A stretch of DNA of 64,000 nucleotides, from the NCBI GenBank assembly GCA_963696385.1, contig CAVOKF010000006.1, positions 453,387 through 517,386 of the forward strand, in the 5' to 3' direction. The first letter of the stretch is position 1; the number at the start of each line of letters is the position of its first letter. Below the pieces are notes generated by a model that had not been told where the DNA came from, made no database searches, and worked only from the letters and a program-made list of their open reading frames with translations. Shown piece by piece: positions 57,068 through 64,000 of the stretch. This stretch comes from an uncultured delta proteobacterium. GTDB taxonomy: Bacteria; Myxococcota_A; Polyangia; Polyangiales; Polyangiaceae. Position numbers and translations under genes: made by a program.

Positions 57068-58393
57068 TCAGAGGGGAGGGTTCGCGTTCTTGGCGAGATC
57101 GATGAAGTACGAACCGAACCACTCGCCCGCCCGCGGCGCGTCCTTGGCGGCATCGGGGGCATCGGGCCCGCACTTGTCGTCGAAGCCGGGCTTCTTCGGG
57201 TCGCCGCCACCGTCGGATTCGCCCGGTGGCTTGATCCACAGATAGGCGTCGACGAGCGGTGCGGGGCTCACTTGCGGGCGCTCTCCGAGGCCGGCGCCCT
57301 TGATGTTGCACCAGCTGCCCGACTTCGTCTTGATGCCGGAACGACCATTGCGCCCGGTATCGATGACGAACGCCTTGCCGACGATGCCCGCCGCGGTGAG
57401 CGACTGATCGAGCAGCTCGATGTAGTCGAGTTCGCCCTTCGCGGGGTCCGACGGTTCGAGCTTGGCGAGGTCGCCGTCTTTGAGCGAATCGTAATTGGAC
57501 ACGTTCGTCGCAAAGCCGCGGATCTTGTCCGGGCCGCCCGCGTCCTTCAGCACCTCCGCATAAAGGGCCGCGATCTTCTCGCGGTTGGCGCTCCAGCCGA
57601 GCCAGCCGGCGTGCGCGCCGTCCAGGTAAATCGTCACGTTCGGCAGCGCGAGGGTCTTGATGGCGTACGAGATGGAGTGCTTGTACACGTCCTGGGCCGC
57701 CGCGCACTTGGGCACGCTCAGGTTGGTGGCCAAGTTCGCCAGGGAATCCGGCTCGAGCACGACGACGACACGTTGCTGCGCGTGCGTCTTGAACGCTGCG
57801 GCGATCTTGTCGATGAATTCCTTCTGGTACCGCTTCTCGCCCCCTTTCGCGATCGTCAGCTCTCCATTCGACGCGACGGCGGCGCAATCGCGCTCGGGAA
57901 GGTCGTAGACGACGAAGGTCGTGACGACCGGCTGCCCGTTCTTCTTCTGTTGGGCGGCCGCATCCTCCAGAGTCTTGGCGACGCCGGCCGTGTCTTTGAT
58001 GGAGCTCAGCCAGATTGCGGTCGGAAACGCTTCGACTTTCTTGAGCGTCGCTGCATCGGCCGGGTCCGTCTTGGCGGTGGCCTCGACCTTCGTGACGTAT
58101 CCGTGATCGATGTAGAAGTGGCCGCCCGCGAAGGGGTTGCCCTCGGCGTTGGGGGGGGTGATCTTCACCTCGGGCTTCGCATCGGCGGCGGCCGTCGGAG
58201 GTGGGAGCGCCGACGCGGTCGACTCCGGTGCCGCCGCGGGCGAGGTCGAGCTCGCGGCGGCAGGCGCGTTGGCGGCGGCGGGTGCCTGCGTCGTCGCGGC
58301 CGCGCCTCCGCAAGCGGATCCGACGACGGCCAACACCGACACCGGAAGGCAAGGCAACGTGGCGACAAGGGCAAGAGCTCTTCGGCCGATCAT
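57068..58393 (-). CDS. Glycoside hydrolase family 6 (cellulase/cellobiohydrolase-like), probable lipoprotein, no CBM
   Basis: VYDLPERDCAAVASNGE, LEPDSLANL, YLDGAHAGWLGW, NVSNY, DTGRNG, WCN and WIKPPGESDG motifs. Lipobox-like GSAC. Confidence 0.93.
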   Translation of the reverse strand: MIGRRALALVATLPCLPVSVLAVVGSACGGAAATTQAPAAANAPAAASSTSPAAAPESTASALPPPTAAADAKPEVKITPPNAEGNPFAGGHFYIDHGYVTKVEATAKTDPADAATLKKVEAFPTAIWLSSIKDTAGVAKTLEDAAAQQKKNGQPVVTTFVVYDLPERDCAAVASNGELTIAKGGEKRYQKEFIDKIAAAFKTHAQQRVVVVLEPDSLANLATNLSVPKCAAAQDVYKHSISYAIKTLALPNVTIYLDGAHAGWLGWSANREKIAALYAEVLKDAGGPDKIRGFATNVSNYDSLKDGDLAKLEPSDPAKGELDYIELLDQSLTAAGIVGKAFVIDTGRNGRSGIKTKSGSWCNIKGAGLGERPQVSPAPLVDAYLWIKPPGESDGGGDPKKPGFDDKCGPDAPDAAKDAPRAGEWFGSYFIDLAKNANPPL

Positions 58394-58742
58394 GGTGGTT
58401 TCCCTGGCACGGTGGATGACTGCGGTAGCCGGCACGATGGATGACGGCAGCAGCGAGCGTCGCGGTACTGTGGGAGCAGCGTGCTCGCACACGAAGGCAC
58501 GGGCGTCAATCGTCGATCGGTATTTCAAATTGAACGTAACGTTGCAGTCTATCTCTCGACCCTGGAGCCACCGCGAAGTCGATTGCCCGACTCAAAGGGG
58601 CTCCGCGACGCCCCGATCGAGAGCCAAAACGCCCAGGTCCCATGGCCGGTCGGTACCGATTATGCTACTTGCATCTACAGCGCGCGAGAGCCTCGCGGGG
58701 CGGGCGACGCGCGCCGTCCTGCGCCGTTCTCCCGAGGTCGTC

Positions 58743-59744
58743 ATGCGCCCGCTTCGTTCCACGGTGGCTGCGATTTTGCTGTCCGGCTTGTTCGTCCCGT
58801 GCATGGCCCACGGCGCGAAGAAATCGGCTCCTTCGGCGGCCGCCGCTCTCGTCGTCGAGGGTCGCAAGCTGATGGCCGCGGGCCAGTACGCTGAAGCGTG
58901 TCCCAAGCTCGCGGACGCCCAGTCGCGAGAGCCGGCACCGACGACCGCGATCGCACTGGCGACGTGCTACGAGAAGTGGGGCAAGCTCGCGACCGCGTGG
59001 GCCACGTTCCGCGCGGCGAGTTCAGCGGCCGATTCGGCGGGAATGAAGAAAATCGCTGCGGCGGCGAACCGTATGGCGGCCGCGTTGGAGCCGAAGGTCT
59101 CGCACCTGACGATCAAAGCCCCTCCGGACGCCTCCGGGATCGAAGTCCGATTGGACCACGAGTCCGTTCCAAGATCCGATTGGGGGAGCGCGCTTGCGCG
59201 CGACGGCGGGGGGCACGACATCGAAGTGAGTGCACCGGGCAAGAAGGCGTGGACCGAGCACGTGGATCTCGGCGCGAGTGGGCAAAATCTCGCGGTCGAC
59301 ATTCCACGCCTGGCCGACGACCGAAGCGCGACCGCAGGCACGACGGACGCGTCCGGCGCCGCACCGAGCGAGGCGACGTCTCCGGTCTCCGACGCGACGG
59401 ACGGGCAGGGACAACGAACGGCCGGGATCGCGGTCGGGGCCGTCGGGGTCCTGGCGGTCGGCCTCGGTGCCTTTGCTGGACTTCACGCCCACTCCACGTA
59501 CAAGGACGCGCTGGCCGCGTGCGGGGGCAGCTCTTCGTGTGCGCCGGGCACCAACGGTCTGACCCTTCGCCAATCCGCCTCGACATGGGCCACGGTTTCG
59601 ACGGCCTCCTTCATTGGTGCGGGCGTTGCGTTGGCGGGCGGGGCCGTTCTCTTTTTTACGGCGCCGCGCGGTCGTTCCGGGCCCACCGTCGGGGTCGGGC
59701 CAGCGGCCCAAGGCACGGGGCTTTCGGTGGTCGGGAGGTTTTGA
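58743..59744 (+). CDS. TPR + PEGA-like protein with C-terminal hydrophobic hairpin
   Basis: EGRKLMAAGQYAEACPKLA...LATCYEKWGKLATAW, HDIEVSAPGKKAW, two hydrophobic segments, ends GLSVVGRF. Paralog of 50934..52004. Confidence 0.82.
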   Translation: MRPLRSTVAAILLSGLFVPCMAHGAKKSAPSAAAALVVEGRKLMAAGQYAEACPKLADAQSREPAPTTAIALATCYEKWGKLATAWATFRAASSAADSAGMKKIAAAANRMAAALEPKVSHLTIKAPPDASGIEVRLDHESVPRSDWGSALARDGGGHDIEVSAPGKKAWTEHVDLGASGQNLAVDIPRLADDRSATAGTTDASGAAPSEATSPVSDATDGQGQRTAGIAVGAVGVLAVGLGAFAGLHAHSTYKDALAACGGSSSCAPGTNGLTLRQSASTWATVSTASFIGAGVALAGGAVLFFTAPRGRSGPTVGVGPAAQGTGLSVVGRF

Positions 59745-60937
59745 TGGATCGTCCGTCGAGAGTGGCTTTGTGGACCCTGGCTTCGGTGGCGGTCACCGCT
59801 GCCGGTTGCGCCGACATTCTTGGCTTCCAGGACTTTTCTTCCGCCGACGGCGGGGCGAGCTCGGGCAGCCCCGTGTACACGGGCGGGGGAGGGACCAGCC
59901 AGGGAGCCACGAACTCCAATTCGACGGCGACGGACCATGCATCCGACGAAGCCGGGTCGTTGAATGATCCCGGCTCCAACTCGGGGGACTCGGGCCCCGC
60001 ATCGGGGGCCACAGGCCCCGGTTCAAACGGCAGCAGCGGTTCCGTTTCGGTCTCCGGCGGCAGCAGTCCCGGATCCGTTGGCGGCAGTTCGATCACGGGA
60101 GGATCGAGCAGCGGCCCAGGCTCCGCCGCGAGCAGTTCGACTTCGGGGACGGGATCGAGTGGCACAGGCTCCAAGACGGGCGGGTCGAGCAGCAGCTCGA
60201 TGACGGGCGGGTCGAGCAGCAGCTCGACGACAGGCGGGTCGAGCAGCTCCAGCCAAGGGCCGGCCGGACCGTGTACGTTCGGCGACTCGTACAACGGCAG
60301 CGGCTCCTTCACGTATTACTACTTCGGGCAGGGGACTTGCCAGAACGGCACCTGCAAAACGGCCTGCGGCTACACGGGAACCGAAACGGGAAGCGGCAAA
60401 GATGCGGTCGATACCGTTCCGAACGCCGCCAGTGGTTCGCCCGCCAAGAATTCCTACTTTGCGGCGATCCCCGGATCGAACGGCTTCAATACGGTGACCG
60501 ACTGCGGAGCCTGCATCGAGATTACCAACGGCGGCACGAAGATCGTGGCCACGATCATCGACGAGTGCCCGACCGACAACGGCGAAAATCCGGCGTGCAA
60601 GCAGGCCGGGCACCTCGACCTCAGCACCCAAGCGTTCGACGCCATGGGCTACTCGGTCGGCGACCCGTCGGGGACGACCTGGAAGTTCGTCGCCTGTCCC
60701 GTGAGCGGAAATATCAAAGCCGTCGAAAACAGCGCGGGCCAATACTATTTGCAAAACGCCGTTTACCCCATCACTACGGCGAATGGGCAAATGCCGACGC
60801 AATACGGCTACTTCACCGTCGACCCCGGCAGTGTCACGGTCACGAGCTCCACCGTCAATCAGACGATCACCATCACCATTCCGAACGGCGGCGGCGACAC
60901 GGGCGGCAACTTTACCGAACCGACTGGTTGCTATTAG
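59744..60937 (+). CDS. Expansin-like (EXLX1/DPBB) lipoprotein with Ser/Gly linker
   Basis: Lipobox AAGC and FTYY...ACG...YFAA...CGACIEI...IIDECP...HLDLS..AF...WKFVACP. The ATG overlaps the upstream TGA. Confidence 0.82.
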   Translation: MDRPSRVALWTLASVAVTAAGCADILGFQDFSSADGGASSGSPVYTGGGGTSQGATNSNSTATDHASDEAGSLNDPGSNSGDSGPASGATGPGSNGSSGSVSVSGGSSPGSVGGSSITGGSSSGPGSAASSSTSGTGSSGTGSKTGGSSSSSMTGGSSSSSTTGGSSSSSQGPAGPCTFGDSYNGSGSFTYYYFGQGTCQNGTCKTACGYTGTETGSGKDAVDTVPNAASGSPAKNSYFAAIPGSNGFNTVTDCGACIEITNGGTKIVATIIDECPTDNGENPACKQAGHLDLSTQAFDAMGYSVGDPSGTTWKFVACPVSGNIKAVENSAGQYYLQNAVYPITTANGQMPTQYGYFTVDPGSVTVTSSTVNQTITITIPNGGGDTGGNFTEPTGCY

Positions 60938-61005
60938 ACCCTTGTAGCCCCGGGACCCGTTCGACGGCTATCGCGGGCGTGCCGAACGACGCGACACGCG
61001 GGCGG

Positions 61006-61380
61006 CTACGCGCGCAGGATGCGCACGGTCGGAAAGAAGCCGTGGAGTCGACCGAGGTCGTCGATCGCCGAAGTGTAGACGATGCCCCCTCCGCGCAGTG
61101 CCGCGGAGGCCATCACCACGGCATTCGCGAGCGACGATCCCTTGACCGTGGCCAATGCCTCTCCGGCCGCGCGACACAAGGCGGGCGGCATGACTTCGAC
61201 GACGACGGCCGCGAGGATCGCCTCGCGCAAGTCGCTCCGGCCGCGCCACCATTGCGCGTAAACCACCGCAGGCACGACGGGCAGAAATCCGCGGCGAACG
61301 ATGTTGCGAAACGCGTCGAGGGCCCGCCGCTTGCGCCGTTCGAGCGCCACGAGCATTCCCGTATCGAACGTGAACGTCAC
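61006..61380 (-). CDS. PIN-domain (VapC-like) toxin, possibly catalytically degenerate
   Basis: TFDTGMLVALER, VPAVVYAQWWRG and VYTS..DDL. The GTG start overlaps the antitoxin stop. Confidence 0.78.
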   Translation of the reverse strand: MTFTFDTGMLVALERRKRRALDAFRNIVRRGFLPVVPAVVYAQWWRGRSDLREAILAAVVVEVMPPALCRAAGEALATVKGSSLANAVVMASAALRGGGIVYTSAIDDLGRLHGFFPTVRILRA

Positions 61381-61643
61381 GCCGCGCGCCGTCGCTTCTT
61401 CTTCGCCGGTGCCTCGCCGCGCCATTCGGCTTCGATCCGCCCGATCGCCTTGTCGGTCAACGGCGGCGCACCGCATTGTTCGAAGAACGATTCCGCGGCA
61501 GCGAAATTCGTCTCGCGGGCGGCGATTTCCGCAAGCAGCGCCGACACATTGCCCTTGTGGCGTCGCGCGGCGAGCGCCTTCAGGTTCTTGAGCGTCGCCT
61601 CATCGAGAGAGAAGCTGGTCGTCTTGGTTCGGCCGGCGCGCAT
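61377..61643 (-). CDS. Putative antitoxin (ribbon-helix-helix-like)
   Basis: Small basic protein KTTSFSLDEATLKNLKALA...GNVSALL, immediately upstream of and coupled to the PIN gene. Confidence 0.7.
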   Translation of the reverse strand: MRAGRTKTTSFSLDEATLKNLKALAARRHKGNVSALLAEIAARETNFAAAESFFEQCGAPPLTDKAIGRIEAEWRGEAPAKKKRRRAA

Positions 61644-61884
61644 GATCGCACGTAGCATACCCCGGCCGCCGTCGCCGGTTCGTCATGCGAGGCGAACGTT
61701 CGGGCGCGCAACCGCCCTCACACCGGTTCACGAAATCCTAAGCGTCGACGCGCTGCCCAAGTCCAGCGGACGGGTCGCAGTCGGTCCTGCGACGGACGGA
61801 GACGAGGGCGGGGGAGGCCGACTGCGGCGTCTCCCCGTGGGGATCACCCAACCTTGGACCTGGCGGTCTGTGCGCCCTGCACCG

Positions 61885-62979
61885 TCACTGAGCAGCCCAT
61901 TGCAGATACGCCACGGCGACGTCGAACGCCGGAGTGGTACCCGCACTAATCGTATCCTGAAAGTGAATGTTGTAGATATGCGCAGGATCGAAGGTCAAGA
62001 CGCCTTCGCCCGACCAGTCTTGGACGGCGAGATCGGAAAACTTGACGTAGATCTGCTTCCAGCAGGTGTCGAACTCGACTTCGTACCGGAAGCTGTCCGA
62101 GCAGGGGCAGTCCTTGGTCCCCGCTTCCGTCGTCGATGCCGAGCAGGTGCCCGAGCTCTTGCAAACGTCACAACGTAGCGGCGACGTGGGCGTGGCGCTA
62201 ACCGGAACCGAATTGCCCCACGGGGCCGTGGATGCGTCGTCGACTTGGACATAAAGCTTGATGCTTTTGCCCGTGAGCGAGATCGCCCAGAAGGAGAACC
62301 CGGCGTATGCGCTCGCATCGAAAGGCTGGGGAATTCCCGTGTTCGTCAGAGTCGGGGTGGTGTTGAAGAGCATCGCGCCGTCCGGTAGCCCGGCGACGGG
62401 CGGGCACGAGTTGAAGGCCACCGCACTGCCGTCGGGCGGGTAGCTCGTGAGATCCATCCCGAAACCGGCCCCCCATTCGGGGATGCCGTTGCCGCTGAAC
62501 TCGCGGTAGCCCGGCGCGACCTCGTCGCCCATGCCCACGCTGGCCGGAAGCGCCGGGACCGCTGGGTTCGTGATTCCAAACGAGGCAAAGGGAAAGTTTT
62601 GTCCCTCCGGCGGAGTCAGCGTTCCGGCATCGTTCGTCAGAATCGGCGGCTCGGAGTTCGGCACGCTTCGCGACGAGTAGGTATACCAAGAGCCGCCCGT
62701 TTCGGACTCGTTGTTGGTCATGTCGTCGAGGATGGGGCCCGCCGTGAAACCGGTCGCGGTCGAGCTCACACACGCGACCGCACCCGCGTCCGAGCTCCCA
62801 CTCGAGCTTCCGCCCGTGCTCGTGCTCGTGCCGCCCGTTCCCCCCGTATTTTGCCCCGTACCCGTTCCAGTCCCTGTGCCGGTTGGGGTACTGTTGCCGC
62901 TGCCAAAACAGGCCCAGGCGGATGCGAGGCTCGTGACGGTGACGAGCGACATACCGAAGCGAAACGTCTTATTCTTCAC
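61885..62979 (-). CDS. Lipoprotein with TG linker and CBM11-like carbohydrate-binding domain
   Basis: Lipobox AWAC and GGSWYTY...WGAGFGMDL...FDASAYAGFSFWA...WKQIYVKFSDL...FDPAHIYNIHF, a CBM11-like pattern. Confidence 0.68.
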   Translation of the reverse strand: MKNKTFRFGMSLVTVTSLASAWACFGSGNSTPTGTGTGTGTGQNTGGTGGTSTSTGGSSSGSSDAGAVACVSSTATGFTAGPILDDMTNNESETGGSWYTYSSRSVPNSEPPILTNDAGTLTPPEGQNFPFASFGITNPAVPALPASVGMGDEVAPGYREFSGNGIPEWGAGFGMDLTSYPPDGSAVAFNSCPPVAGLPDGAMLFNTTPTLTNTGIPQPFDASAYAGFSFWAISLTGKSIKLYVQVDDASTAPWGNSVPVSATPTSPLRCDVCKSSGTCSASTTEAGTKDCPCSDSFRYEVEFDTCWKQIYVKFSDLAVQDWSGEGVLTFDPAHIYNIHFQDTISAGTTPAFDVAVAYLQWAAQ

Positions 62980-63218
62980 GAGCGCACCTCAATCCGTTCT
63001 CGAGTCAGTCGTAGGTTAGGTGTCGGCGGCTATCCGACGAAGATTGTGCTCGTCGTCGCCGAGCGGCCGCGCATACTATACCGCAAGCGATGTCGTGTCC
63101 TTCACGAACTTCGAGCGTTCTCAAGGCTCCATGCGGCGTCGCCCCCGTAGGGAGCCCCATCGCTCGTGCATCGCGTTGCCGGTCAAGGCCCGGCAGAGCC
63201 GCCGACGAGCGCTTGAAG

Positions 63219-64000
63219 AACTTCATTATCGGGCCGACGCATAATCGCGCACCGGAGTTTACGGTCCAGGATGGCGTGCCGAAGGGAACGCTGTATTGAG
63301 TTCACGATGAGCTCGGCGGACAGCAAGATTTATCCCGGGATTGCGCGGGATACGGAGACGTCTGCGACGGCCGATCCGAAGGATCCGACGCGGATGGTGG
63401 TGAGACCAGCCACCCGGCGCCATACACGCGGCATGTGGCGGTGTACGTGCCGAAGCAGTATGTTGCGGGGACGGCCGCGCCGTTTATTGTGGGCGCGGAC
63501 GGAGTGGACCGCGCCTGGCCGACGATGCTGGACAACATGATTGCGGCGCACCGGCTGCCGGTGATGATCGGCGTGTTTATCGGCAACGGCGGCGGCGACG
63601 CGCAGGGCAGCGAGCGCGGGCTGGAGTACGACACGATGTCGGGCCTGTATGCGGAGTTTGTGGAGAAGGAAGTGCTGCCGCTGGTGGAGAAGAATTGCAA
63701 CGTGAAGCTGACAAAGGATCCGGATGGGCGAGCGACGATGGGAGCGAGTTCGGGCGGGTCGGCGGCGATGATTATGGCGTGGTATCACCCGGAGTGGTAT
63801 CACCGGGTGCTGACGGTTTCGGGCACATTTGTGAATCAGCAGTGGCCGCATAACGACGCGATTCCGCATGGCGCGTGGGAGCTGCATGAGCATCTGATTC
63901 CGGAGAGTCCGGCGAAGCCGCTGCGCATCTGGATGGAGGTTGGCGACCACGATAACTACAATCCCAATAGCAAGGACCAACTGAACGGAGGAAAACCATC
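63219..64000 (+). pseudogene. Enterochelin-esterase-like alpha/beta hydrolase fragment (5'-truncated, two frameshifts, runs off the window)
   Basis: Joining frames at ~63297 (+1) and ~63404 (-1) gives NFIIGPTH...GVPKGTLYEFTMSS...VAVYVP...GSERGLEYD...EVLPLVE...GASSGG (nucleophile elbow). Confidence 0.75.

Noticed and set aside
58528..58548. Palindrome AACGTAACGTT upstream of GH6 as a LacI/CelR operator
   Set aside because: It is short, does not match the CelR site TGGGAGCGCTCCCA, and no LacI gene is in the window. Support is insufficient.

Overview
A GC-rich window whose gene content points to a myxobacterium, probably Polyangiaceae-like (inferred from Ser/Thr kinases, TPR/PEGA proteins, a MYXO-CTERM-like tail and many lipoproteins). 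Positions 1-13.5 kb hold part of a type VI secretion locus: partial tssK, hcp, a membrane-anchored lytic transglycosylase, and tssA-B-C-E-F-G-H. Next come an FHA/winged-helix regulator, two GT-C-like membrane glycosyltransferases and the betaine-lipid genes btaA-btaB. At 20.8-31.4 kb is a signalling-like cassette: kinase, lipoproteins, protease, TPR-PEGA protein, FHA-sigma54 activator, sigma54 promoter and CBM2 lipoprotein. The middle carries a glycogen module (DUF4912 with GASE repeats, frameshifted GH57, glgA), an OPT transporter, HMG-CoA synthase, an AlkZ-like glycosylase and ppc. At 49.7-63 kb is a cellulose-utilisation-like locus with a LamB-like porin, GH6, an expansin, CBM-like lipoproteins, a kinase and two more TPR-PEGA genes. 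The last ~0.8 kb differs in codon style and looks like a chimeric junction. The two best candidates for an undescribed system are (i) a recurring kinase + TPR-PEGA + surface-lipoprotein trans-envelope module and (ii) a SusC/D-independent, lipoprotein-based cellulose utilisation locus. No rRNA, tRNA, CRISPR array or transposase was seen. All family calls come from motif recognition by eye, not database searches.
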